Shown here piece after piece: positions 1-8,581 of a stretch of DNA of 64,000 nucleotides; positions within the stretch are counted from its first letter, which is position 1; every line of letters begins with the position of its first letter. The notes below the pieces were generated by a model, which worked only from the letters and a program-made list of their open reading frames with translations, had not been told where the DNA came from and ran no database searches. The position numbers were made by a program, and so were the translations under genes. Origin of the DNA: a virus (lineage: Duplodnaviria > Caudoviricetes). The stretch lies in the IMG/VR virus record IMGVR_UViG_3300044991_001466; one strand, written 5' to 3'.

Positions 1-1234
1 ATATGTAATCAAAGATTTAGTTGATTACACAAATATTCATAAATTAGATTTATCATATTCAATCGATGCAACAAGTGCAAGTATTACACCAATTACCACA
101 AATCCCGGTACAATATCATTAGGTTCAGTAAAAGGTGGTACTTCTTCATTTAAGGTGAGAGTGTTGTTTCCACAAGGATATACGATTGCTGACCACGGGA
201 TTTCGTTATTACAATTAAACGCGACTAAAACTGATGTTGATTGGACTAAAGCCCCATTAGCATTTAAACAATTAGATGCAAGTGGTGAAGCGACATTTAC
301 AACCGAAGTTAAAGTAGGAGATACGATTGGATTAATGGTGAGTCCGCCAAATGGTAAAACATGGATGAACAATGTTATAACAGTGTCTGACGCATATAAA
401 GCATTTTTAGGTATTGCTCAAACTGACATTAATGGCACAAAAAACTTTTTCCAATATAATCGAGAAAGAATAATGGCTAATGTATCTAAAGATGATGGTA
501 CGGGTACAGAGATTTATAATGAGACAGATGCATATTATTTATTTTCACATGTAATGGGTATAGATGTGAGTACAAAGGCATTTATTCCGTCATCTACCGC
601 CACAACACTTCGTTATGGTAGTTCATTATTAAATCAAGGATGGTTAGATGGTACAAATAAGTATATAACAACCGTAACATCAGCAACACAAGCGGTGGAT
701 ATGGTTTTTGCTTGGAATGGTGATTTAGATTTTTCTCACTCATCTTCATTAACTGAAATTGCAAGTAGAATATCAACTGGTAATTACGCAAATTCAATTA
801 AAGGTAATGATGAAGTTGGAGTTAATAAATCAATGTCAGTTCAATCAATGTCATATAATCAAGTATTTGAAACTGCTAAATTAAGTTTAACCTCTACAAT
901 AGTTAACGGTAAGGTAGTATTGACTGGTAATTTAACAAAAGAAGGTTTAGCTGGTTTAGAGGTTATATTACAATATGATAATTCTAAATTAACTTTTGAT
1001 AACATTTCATTTGATGCGGGTCCAAGTGTAACTAACTTTTCAACAAATGCAGATGGTAGATTAACATTTGGTTCTATGGATCAAACAAAAACCGCAAGAA
1101 TTAAGACAGGTACACCATATAAATTAACATTTACACCAAAAGAAACCATAACAAACACCTCAGGTTTATTCTATACAGTTTTAGCTGATGCTGTTGATGG
1201 AAACGGAAACAAAATTAATTTGACAGTGGAGTAA
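1..1234 (+). CDS. Dockerin- and cohesin-like domain protein, 5' truncated by window edge
   Basis: The frame of ORF 155..1234 stays open back to position 2 (YVIKDLVDYT...), so the GTG at 155 is internal. It has dockerin-like segments NVITVSDAYKAF and ANVSKDDG..IYNETDAYYLFSHVMG, a WNGDLDFSHS motif and a C-terminal cohesin-like LAGLEVILQYDNSKLTF. It is paralogous to the next gene. Confidence 0.65.
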   Translation, partial: YVIKDLVDYTNIHKLDLSYSIDATSASITPITTNPGTISLGSVKGGTSSFKVRVLFPQGYTIADHGISLLQLNATKTDVDWTKAPLAFKQLDASGEATFTTEVKVGDTIGLMVSPPNGKTWMNNVITVSDAYKAFLGIAQTDINGTKNFFQYNRERIMANVSKDDGTGTEIYNETDAYYLFSHVMGIDVSTKAFIPSSTATTLRYGSSLLNQGWLDGTNKYITTVTSATQAVDMVFAWNGDLDFSHSSSLTEIASRISTGNYANSIKGNDEVGVNKSMSVQSMSYNQVFETAKLSLTSTIVNGKVVLTGNLTKEGLAGLEVILQYDNSKLTFDNISFDAGPSVTNFSTNADGRLTFGSMDQTKTARIKTGTPYKLTFTPKETITNTSGLFYTVLADAVDGNGNKINLTVE

Positions 1235-1237
1235 TCT

Positions 1238-3532
1238 ATGAATAAATTATTTTTAATATTATTTTTATTTACATCATTCTTAGGGTTCGGACAGAGTGTA
1301 TCTGCTCCGGACTCTAAATCTTTTTTACCATCCACAAATGGACAAGATGCAAGTGGGTTTATATTAAGTGGATTCAGTTCTACGGCAACTCTATTAGCAT
1401 CAATCAGTTTAGTAGAATTCCCAACAGGTACAACATTTGTATTAAATACAACAACGGGCCTAACTGCTGCAAGTGGATTTACTTTAAGTGGTAATAAAAC
1501 TCGTTTAGTAATAACGGGTACAATGACAAGTATCAATACGGCATTGACATCCCTAAAAATAAACACAGGTTCGGTAGTTGGTAATGTAAAATTATCGGTT
1601 GCTGCAACAATTAATCCAACAGGATTTTATTACAATGGTGTAAATGGTCATTTTTATAAACCCGTAACGGCAGGTACAACTTATACTGGTGCTAGAGCAG
1701 CATCGTTATTAACAACATTCAAAGGGCAGACGGGGTATTTGGTAACAATAACATCGGCATCTGAAAATGCTTTTATATTTGCTAATGTACCACAAGCTAA
1801 CATATGGTTTGCAGCAACGGATGAAGTTACCGATGGTAGATGGGTAATTGATGCGGGACCTGAAAAGGGGACGGTAATGAAAACCCAAAACGGACAACTT
1901 AATGGAAACATTGCCGGCGTATATAACAACTGGGCACAAGGTGAACCAAATGGTGGTAATCATACTGAGGATTATGCAGTAACAAATTGGAACGGACAAT
2001 CAACATGGAATGACTTATCAAACAATTGGACTAATCCATACATAATTGAATATGGAACTTGGACTAATCCTGATGATGCAACATTTACGGAGTTTTACAC
2101 CAATAGTGTATCTCATTCAAATGGTGAAGTCCTAACTGCTAAATTTAATTTTGACTTTGGTGGTAATGTGGATGAAACTAAATTTTCAACAAAGGCAAAT
2201 AGATATGTAAATAATCTATGGAGTACCACTACCAACACATCAAGAGCAATAAGTGGATTGGGTAAGGTTGATATTACAAATGATTTGGATACCGCAAAGG
2301 TAAGTGGGGTTGGTACTAAAGCAACAACATCCGCCGGACAAGTTGAATGGGCAATAATAAATCCATATGATGCAAATTTAGGTGGACATCAATTGTTAAT
2401 AGATGAAAGAGAATTTGATGGAACTGGAGTATCTCCAAGTAATGTAACATCAATTAAATTATTTGATATATACGATGGACCGGTTAGTGTTCATAGTGTA
2501 AGTGGTTTTTGGAAAACTTATATAATGCCGGGTAATTTGACAACCAAAATAACTTCATCTACATTTCAAGCTCAATTAAGATTACAAGATGGTTGGTATG
2601 GAACGAGAGCTGAATTTACTTTCTCACCAATTCAAAGTTATAAACAACACGGGATTGAATTAACATATACCAATCAAACGGATTTAAACACTTTATACAA
2701 TAGTGTTGTGACCGTATCGGATGTGTTTATTGCATTCAAAGAATTATCAAATGGTGGGATATTTGGAAATGAAAGTGGAAATGAATTCACATCAGGTATT
2801 CAATTTTTGAACGCGGATGTAGATGGTAATGGTATATTCAACGAAGCGGATACATACAAACTATTACAACATTTGACAGGAGTTCAACCACTTACACAAA
2901 ATCCACTATTAACTTTTCTGATGAAACTTTATAGTAAATCAGATTATGATTCAATTACTAAATCTAATTGGAATACAAAATTCAATTCAACAAGAAGTTT
3001 ATATCCGTTTAGTTTAAATACGGGTACACTTAATAACACATACAATGTTAATGTTACTTGGAAAGGTGATGTAAACCTATCTCATTCTGCACAACAAAGT
3101 GCAACTGGTGTCTCCGGTAATTCTATTAGAACTATGAGTTTGAGTACTAATTCAGTTTCAAATGAAGTAAACGCTTTAATTATGGGCGAAACCGTAGGTA
3201 ATAAAGTTATAGTTACAATATCAATAGACCCATTACAACAAGAAGTGGTGGGAACACAATTTCAATTAAACTATGATAATACCTCATTAAGTTTTGAGAA
3301 GGTGGAGTTTACAACTAAGGGAAACCCAACCAATTTTGGAAGTGATAGAGGTAATTATATTACATTGGGTTCATTAATAACTGATGGGTCAACTCTATTA
3401 GATAAAACAACAGAATATAAAATAACATTTGTACCAAAAATTGAATTGGGTGGAATATTGGGATTGACTTCAATATCAACAACCGATGCCGTTAATAAAG
3501 ATGGTAAACAATTAAAAATTAAATTGAACTAA
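1238..3532 (+). CDS. Secreted C-type lectin / dockerin / cohesin-like protein
   Basis: Sec-type signal peptide (MNKLFLILFLFTSFLGFG-Q). C-type lectin-like region with GYLVTITS, WAQGEPN and WND. Dockerin-like repeat NADVDGNGIFNEADTYKLLQHL. C-terminal cohesin-like VVGTQFQLNYDNTSLSF. Confidence 0.72.
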   Translation: MNKLFLILFLFTSFLGFGQSVSAPDSKSFLPSTNGQDASGFILSGFSSTATLLASISLVEFPTGTTFVLNTTTGLTAASGFTLSGNKTRLVITGTMTSINTALTSLKINTGSVVGNVKLSVAATINPTGFYYNGVNGHFYKPVTAGTTYTGARAASLLTTFKGQTGYLVTITSASENAFIFANVPQANIWFAATDEVTDGRWVIDAGPEKGTVMKTQNGQLNGNIAGVYNNWAQGEPNGGNHTEDYAVTNWNGQSTWNDLSNNWTNPYIIEYGTWTNPDDATFTEFYTNSVSHSNGEVLTAKFNFDFGGNVDETKFSTKANRYVNNLWSTTTNTSRAISGLGKVDITNDLDTAKVSGVGTKATTSAGQVEWAIINPYDANLGGHQLLIDEREFDGTGVSPSNVTSIKLFDIYDGPVSVHSVSGFWKTYIMPGNLTTKITSSTFQAQLRLQDGWYGTRAEFTFSPIQSYKQHGIELTYTNQTDLNTLYNSVVTVSDVFIAFKELSNGGIFGNESGNEFTSGIQFLNADVDGNGIFNEADTYKLLQHLTGVQPLTQNPLLTFLMKLYSKSDYDSITKSNWNTKFNSTRSLYPFSLNTGTLNNTYNVNVTWKGDVNLSHSAQQSATGVSGNSIRTMSLSTNSVSNEVNALIMGETVGNKVIVTISIDPLQQEVVGTQFQLNYDNTSLSFEKVEFTTKGNPTNFGSDRGNYITLGSLITDGSTLLDKTTEYKITFVPKIELGGILGLTSISTTDAVNKDGKQLKIKLN

Positions 3533-4425
3533 TGAAAAAACTAATAATAATTCTGTTACTAATTTCGATTACATTTGTTACAAAAGCCCAAATTGTAAAA
3601 CCCGATACATTACAATTATCACCAAAGGAATTATTTGGTGAAAGTGATGATTGGAACGATGTGGGTGTATTACAATCCTATGTTAATTTTTCAAAAGATG
3701 TGCTTTCATCCTCAAACTTATCAGTTGGTATAATCGGAAAGCAAGTATCCACTACTCTTAATTTGGGTTACAATAAATCATCTATGAATGGGCAATGGGG
3801 TCACACATTCGCAGCATCAATAAATCCTATATGGAACTATTATGGTGTGGGATATGGTCTTAGTAAAAATACCGAAAAGAGAACAACCACATTACAATCA
3901 TTTTATTCAACCGATTTTGATTTTCAAAAAGATATTACACTATCATTCATCGATGTATTCAGAACTAAAAAGTTTGGAACATTTGGATATAGTTTAATTG
4001 CATCAAAATCTTTTTGGGGAACATATGAAGGTCAATGGGAAGGAAAATATACGGTAGATGAAAATGGTGATTTTAAAGATTTAATATACCCAATGATACC
4101 GGCATCAAGTGAAATAAGTTATAGAGGTATGGTGATGTACACATATACATTGAAAACAAAGAGAGTAAACATATCACCACAAATATTTGCAATGAGTGAT
4201 GTATATAAAGTATTTAAAGATGGTACTACATCGGATTTATCGTATTTTGATGATTTCAATTTGGACTTATATTATGGTACATCTATCGATTGGAAGGTAA
4301 CTAAAAGATTTGTATTAAATACTAATATTAGATATAACACAACTTTTGATAAATTAAGTGAATCAGTTGGTTATAAAAAGAGTAACCCAATAATGTTTAT
4401 GATAGGAACAAACTTTCAATTTTAA
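3532..4425 (+). CDS. Probable outer-membrane beta-barrel protein
   Basis: Signal peptide ending TKA-Q, alternating hydrophobic/aromatic strands, C-terminal Phe (GTNFQF). Paralogous to the C-terminal half of 8581..10161. Confidence 0.6.
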   Translation: MKKLIIILLLISITFVTKAQIVKPDTLQLSPKELFGESDDWNDVGVLQSYVNFSKDVLSSSNLSVGIIGKQVSTTLNLGYNKSSMNGQWGHTFAASINPIWNYYGVGYGLSKNTEKRTTTLQSFYSTDFDFQKDITLSFIDVFRTKKFGTFGYSLIASKSFWGTYEGQWEGKYTVDENGDFKDLIYPMIPASSEISYRGMVMYTYTLKTKRVNISPQIFAMSDVYKVFKDGTTSDLSYFDDFNLDLYYGTSIDWKVTKRFVLNTNIRYNTTFDKLSESVGYKKSNPIMFMIGTNFQF

Positions 4426-4766
4426 TGAAAAAGACATTACTCATATTTGTAATTTTATTGGTGGGATGTGTTAAACCAGACCTGCCTGTTCCAATACCAC
4501 AAATTACCTATGTATTTGATGTAAAGGAAAGTGAAGTAACAAATGGACAGGATATATATTTTAAACTGCCATCCGATGGTATACATACTTTAACTTTAAT
4601 TGATAAAGAAAGTGGGCAAGTGGTTAGTAGAGAAAAATTTAATGGTAAATCGGGTGAAAATGTGAAAAAAATTTACACCAATTCCCTACTTAAGGGATAT
4701 TTACTATTAGTGTTGGAAGACAATAATAAGAATCAATTAGGTAAAACAATAATAATAAATAAATAA
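4425..4766 (+). CDS. Lipoprotein with T9SS C-terminal-domain-like Ig fold
   Basis: Lipobox LVG-C15; pattern TLTLID..GQVVSRE..NGKSGEN....TNSLLKGYLLLVLED...KTIIINK; paralogue of 4783..5157. Confidence 0.5.
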   Translation: MKKTLLIFVILLVGCVKPDLPVPIPQITYVFDVKESEVTNGQDIYFKLPSDGIHTLTLIDKESGQVVSREKFNGKSGENVKKIYTNSLLKGYLLLVLEDNNKNQLGKTIIINK

Positions 4767-4782
4767 AAGAAACCCAAGTCAA

Positions 4783-5157
4783 ATGAAAAAGCTATTTATA
4801 GTGGTATTAAGTTTAATGATTCTTACAGGTTGTAGAAAAGAACAGGATTTTCTTCCAACTATTCAACAAGCACCCGAAGATTTGAAAATATCTAGTTCTT
4901 TAGGTATTAAATTACAATCACCATTTGTCACTTCAGAGGTTGCAATGAATGTTAAAAGTGAAATTGTGGGATCTGTAACAATTAAGATATTTGACATCTC
5001 AAATAGAGTTGTTTCAAAAGAGACCGTTAACGTAATTGTTGGAGATAATATACTTAAAGTATATACGTCATCATTACCAAATTCAGCATATAGAATTGGT
5101 TTTTTTGATTCAAAAAATAATATGTTAGGAATAACAGATTTTAATAAAATAAACTAA
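4783..5157 (+). CDS. Lipoprotein with T9SS C-terminal-domain-like Ig fold
   Basis: Lipobox LTG-C17; GSVTIKIFDISNRVV...GDNILKV..SSLPNSAYRI resembles the type A CTD pattern (V.I.IYD..G..V....G.N....S.L..G.Y). Confidence 0.55.
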   Translation: MKKLFIVVLSLMILTGCRKEQDFLPTIQQAPEDLKISSSLGIKLQSPFVTSEVAMNVKSEIVGSVTIKIFDISNRVVSKETVNVIVGDNILKVYTSSLPNSAYRIGFFDSKNNMLGITDFNKIN

Positions 5158-5175
5158 AAATTAAACACAAATAAA

Positions 5176-5493
5176 ATGGCAGAAGAAACACAAGAACAAG
5201 AAGGAACATGGTCAAGTCTTAAAAAGACAATAATTGGAATTGCAGGAACAGTAGTAACCGCTGGCGGCGTATGGTTAACAACATTGTTAGGTGGTGGTGA
5301 CAAAGCCGAACCCGCACCAGTACAAGCCGCACCAGTAATTAACATTACAACTAATCAAACTCAACAACAAGCTGCTGGTGGTAATAAAACTGTAATCATC
5401 AATAAAGGTGGTGATGGTAAAACAACCCAACCAGTTGCAAAACCTAAGAAAAAAGAAGGTGATGAGTTTAAAGAAGAGGCACCTAAATGGTAA
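5176..5493 (+). CDS. Single-pass membrane protein with low-complexity tail
   Basis: Hydrophobic segment TIIGIAGTVVTAGGVWLTTLLG followed by a Pro/Gln/Lys-rich region; co-oriented with neighbours. Confidence 0.6.
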   Translation: MAEETQEQEGTWSSLKKTIIGIAGTVVTAGGVWLTTLLGGGDKAEPAPVQAAPVINITTNQTQQQAAGGNKTVIINKGGDGKTTQPVAKPKKKEGDEFKEEAPKW

Positions 5494-5495
5494 TT

Positions 5496-5609
5496 ATGCT
5501 TTCTATGATAAACCAACTATTTTATTTAATATCAGGATTATTGATAACAGTCGGAATTGTATGTGGCGTTATGTACACAGCAATTAAGTTAAATGAAAAA
5601 TTAAATTAA
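5496..5609 (+). CDS. Small single-TM protein (37 aa, below ORF-track cutoff)
   Basis: ATG at 5496 gives MLSMINQLFYLISGLLITVGIVCGVMYTAIKLNEKLN, ending TAA at 5607-5609. It fills the gap between two co-oriented genes. Confidence 0.5.
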   Translation: MLSMINQLFYLISGLLITVGIVCGVMYTAIKLNEKLN

Positions 5610-5615
5610 AAAAAA

Positions 5616-6209
5616 ATGAGTAAACAACAATCACCAAGTGGTTTTAAAGATTTATTAAGTAACATGATGGCCAGAAGATGGTATATCACAGCATTGGTGT
5701 TAGGTGGGTTTATGTTAATAATTGGTGGTATGTTTGTTGCCATTATTAATAAAAATGAAATTGCCGGAGAATGGAAAGAACTTCTTTTATTATTATTGGG
5801 AGCTTTCATCGGTTCTTATGGTAAAATCATTGACTATTGGTTTAGTGATACCGATAAGGATAAGATGTTAGTCCAAAAAATGGATGAAGAAGATGGTACC
5901 TCATTAAGTAACACTGCCGATTTACCAAACAACCCAATTGTACCTATGTCGACCGCACCATTGGTTTTACCAACAAGTGAAGAAGTTGAAGTACCCAAAC
6001 CACAACCCCGTACAGGTGTTGAAGTAGATGAAGATGGGGATGGCATAATGGACGGTATTGATTTTGATGGTGATGGTAAAATTGATATGTACTTTGCACA
6101 TAGACAATGTGAGCACGTATGGGGAGATTTAGATGGTGACGGTATCGAGGAGTGTTTGAAATGTGGTAAAATAAAAGATGAAAATGCAGAAATGCACACG
6201 GAAGGATAA
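5616..6209 (+). CDS. Two-TM membrane protein with DxDxDG calcium-binding loops and Cys/His tail
   Basis: Two hydrophobic helices, then DEDGDGIMD, DFDGDGKID and DLDGDGIEE, with CEH...CLKC at the end. Confidence 0.55.
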   Translation: MSKQQSPSGFKDLLSNMMARRWYITALVLGGFMLIIGGMFVAIINKNEIAGEWKELLLLLLGAFIGSYGKIIDYWFSDTDKDKMLVQKMDEEDGTSLSNTADLPNNPIVPMSTAPLVLPTSEEVEVPKPQPRTGVEVDEDGDGIMDGIDFDGDGKIDMYFAHRQCEHVWGDLDGDGIEECLKCGKIKDENAEMHTEG

Positions 6210-6238
6210 AATAAACAAAAGACAAAAAATAAAAAACT

Positions 6239-6487
6239 ATGAAATTTAAAGAATGGGCTATTGAACTCTTCAAAGACGAAAGAGGTTCAATTTCAGTAAA
6301 ACCAGTTATCGCATTTGTGGGAGCAATGTTCCTATGTGTAACTATGATCTTAAATTCGTTCTCTCACGCCGAATTTGCACCATCACCTGAATTGGTGAAT
6401 GCTGTGATGATTATTACAGGAATCGGAATGGGCGCGGATACAATGGATAAATTCTCTCATAAAAAGAAAGAAGAAACGGAAGGTTAA
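6239..6487 (+). CDS. Small two-TM membrane protein (holin-like topology, function unknown)
   Basis: Two hydrophobic segments and a charged C-terminus KFSHKKKEETEG. Confidence 0.5.
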   Translation: MKFKEWAIELFKDERGSISVKPVIAFVGAMFLCVTMILNSFSHAEFAPSPELVNAVMIITGIGMGADTMDKFSHKKKEETEG

Positions 6488-6490
6488 TAT

Positions 6491-6517
6491 AAAGGGAGTT
6501 AAAAACTCCCTTTTTTT
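6491..6517 (+). terminator. Rho-independent terminator
   Basis: aaagggagtt-aa-aaactccc hairpin followed by a T7 run. Confidence 0.8.
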
Positions 6518-6520
6518 ATG

Positions 6521-6528
6521 TATTTATA
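6521..6528 (+). promoter_or_regulatory. TATTTATA late-type motif upstream of CsgG-like gene
   Basis: Exact TATTTATA directly after a terminator; the same motif precedes the terminase, portal, protease, scaffold and tube genes. Confidence 0.6.
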
Positions 6529-6542
6529 TTAAAATAAGATGT

Positions 6543-7265
6543 ATGAAAAAATTATTAATATTATTAAGCGTTTTTTTACTAAGCGCTGTTGTCGTTGACG
6601 GACAAACAATAGGTAAAACTAAGACAGAGGACTACAAGGCGGACTTTGAAAAAAAAAGAGATATAAGTGCGTACATGGATTACGATGGTCCTCAAATTCC
6701 AATTCAAATATTAAAGGCAGGAATTTCTGACGAGATGTATGAAATGTATCCTGAACTAAAAGAAAAACGTGTTGGTTTAGGTGTTGCAAATATATCTATG
6801 GAATACCTTGAAAACTTAAACAGATTTAAATTTACTGAAGACAAGACAGAAATTAAGAATAGGATGGTAAAACAATTTCAAGCATCTGCGGCAGGTATTT
6901 CTGAGAATAAATTAGATGGTCGTGGTAAAATCAATTTGGCAAAGTATTTTGTGACGATTGAGTGTTATGACTACTCAGTGTCAGAAGATGAAACCATCAA
7001 CCTTAAAAATGGTATACAAGACAATATGGTAACTCGTATAGGTCTTCAGGTTAGGTTTACAGATGCGGAGACAGGTGTCTTATTTGGTGGGTCAGGTTTA
7101 GGTGAAGCAACAACAAAAAGAGAATTAACTCTTTTATCTGATGCATCTATTGACCCAATTAAATTCAACCAATCAACAATTAGTATTGCAACTAAAAAGG
7201 CGTTAGATATTGCCTGTGCTAACATTCTTGATAGAATGATTAAAAAGGGAATATTTGCAAAATAA
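6543..7265 (+). CDS. CsgG/HfaB-family protein
   Basis: Signal peptide; GLGVANISMEYLENLNRFKFTED, AKYFVTIECYDY and RIGLQVRFTDAETG follow the CsgG-family pattern. Confidence 0.65.
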   Translation: MKKLLILLSVFLLSAVVVDGQTIGKTKTEDYKADFEKKRDISAYMDYDGPQIPIQILKAGISDEMYEMYPELKEKRVGLGVANISMEYLENLNRFKFTEDKTEIKNRMVKQFQASAAGISENKLDGRGKINLAKYFVTIECYDYSVSEDETINLKNGIQDNMVTRIGLQVRFTDAETGVLFGGSGLGEATTKRELTLLSDASIDPIKFNQSTISIATKKALDIACANILDRMIKKGIFAK

Positions 7266-7292
7266 CTATATTTTAAAGATTTAATAAAAAAT

Positions 7293-7317
7293 AAGGGGTG
7301 TAATAACCCCTTTTTTT
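7293..7317 (+). terminator. Rho-independent terminator
   Basis: aagggg-tgtaataa-cccc followed by a T7 run. Confidence 0.75.
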
Positions 7318-7329
7318 ATATTTATAAGT

Positions 7330-7566
7330 ATGAGAGTGTGTGAAGTAATTGATGTACCACAAAAAGTTGATTGTGAAAACTGTGTCCCTTGTTTAAGATT
7401 AAAAATGATGGAGATGGGGTTTATATGTGGACAACAAATTGAAATAAGTGAAAAAAAGTTAGGATTATATTTGGTTAATGTTTTATCCGGTAGTGGCCAC
7501 GTAGAATCAACTTTAGCGTTAAGACCTGAAGAATTAGATAGAGTTATTTTAAAAGATATATTATGA
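7330..7566 (+). CDS. feoA: FeoA-domain protein
   Basis: RLKMMEMGFICGQQIEI...LGLYLV...LALRPEEL matches the FeoA SH3-like signature; N-terminal CENCVPC cluster; TATTTATA 3 nt upstream of ATG. Confidence 0.75.
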   Translation: MRVCEVIDVPQKVDCENCVPCLRLKMMEMGFICGQQIEISEKKLGLYLVNVLSGSGHVESTLALRPEELDRVILKDIL

Positions 7567-7742
7567 AAAAATTTATAAGAATTCACGACGACAAAGTTTT
7601 TTTTGGTGTATGTAGTGGTTTAAGTCACCGTACTAATGTTGATCCATTGGTTTGGAGGTTGTTGTTCTTTTTTTTAATATTTTCACCATTCCCAATAATA
7701 ACCGGTTATTTACTAACCACAATTTTAACTGAAACAGTATGA
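7563..7742 (+). CDS. pspC: PspC-domain membrane protein (59 aa, below ORF-track cutoff)
   Basis: MKKFIRIHDDKVFFGVCSGLSHRTNVDPLVWRLLFFFLIF matches the PspC pattern (R...D....GVC.GLA....D...VRL.F). It overlaps feoA and has an ATGA overlap with the next gene. Confidence 0.8.
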   Translation: MKKFIRIHDDKVFFGVCSGLSHRTNVDPLVWRLLFFFLIFSPFPIITGYLLTTILTETV

Positions 7743-8581
7743 AAAAGGTTTTATTAGTTACAGGTTTAATATTAATATTAATATTATTCTGCACAATAAT
7801 GTTGAATGCTCAAGTATCAACTTGGAGGCAAACTGGTGGAAGCGTTCCATCACAAACATCACAATCAACTCAAACAAGAGTTCAACCATCTGTACCACAA
7901 CAACAAAATGTGAGTAGTTGGAGAAACAACCCACCACAACAATCACAACCATTACCACCACGTGGTAGGGGAGGTATTCAAAATTGGGGTCGAGTTAATC
8001 AGTTTGGTTACTATTGGGGTAATTGGGGATGGTATCAACCTTATCCTTATACTTGGTATGATGATTATGGATGGAGACAAAGAAGTGTAATTCATGTATA
8101 CGAAAATGGAAAGAGAGATACTATTAGAAAAGAACGAGTTCATACCGCATTTGGATTTGGGTATACTAATAATAAACAAGCAACTTATTGGGGAATGGTT
8201 GGTGGTAAGAAAGGATATTTTATTATGGATTATGTAATGACTTATGCAAAAGACCAAAACCAATACTTTCCGTATGGACAAATTAACAATGTTGATTTTT
8301 CACTTAGTAAAGAAGATTGGAAAAAAGAATCAACTTTTTATATTGGTGCTGGTAAAAGAATTAATAATATAGGAATACATGGTATGATAGGGTTTGGTAG
8401 TGAAGTTATTAGATGGCAAGGTAAAGATGACTTAGGTGGTATATCATTTCCAAAATCAAATTCAACATTTACAACATTTAAAATTGGAATAATAAAAGAT
8501 TTCAAATTCTTTACTTTAAAATTAGATAACGATCCAATAAGGGGGTACACACAAATAGGAATAGGATTGAATAATAAGTAA
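7739..8581 (+). CDS. Exported protein with Gln/Pro- and Trp/Tyr-rich N-region and probable beta-barrel
   Basis: Signal peptide ending LNA-Q; amphipathic beta-strands in the C-half (TFYIGAGKR, GIHGMIGFG, YTQIGIGLN). Confidence 0.5.
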   Translation: MKKVLLVTGLILILILFCTIMLNAQVSTWRQTGGSVPSQTSQSTQTRVQPSVPQQQNVSSWRNNPPQQSQPLPPRGRGGIQNWGRVNQFGYYWGNWGWYQPYPYTWYDDYGWRQRSVIHVYENGKRDTIRKERVHTAFGFGYTNNKQATYWGMVGGKKGYFIMDYVMTYAKDQNQYFPYGQINNVDFSLSKEDWKKESTFYIGAGKRINNIGIHGMIGFGSEVIRWQGKDDLGGISFPKSNSTFTTFKIGIIKDFKFFTLKLDNDPIRGYTQIGIGLNNK

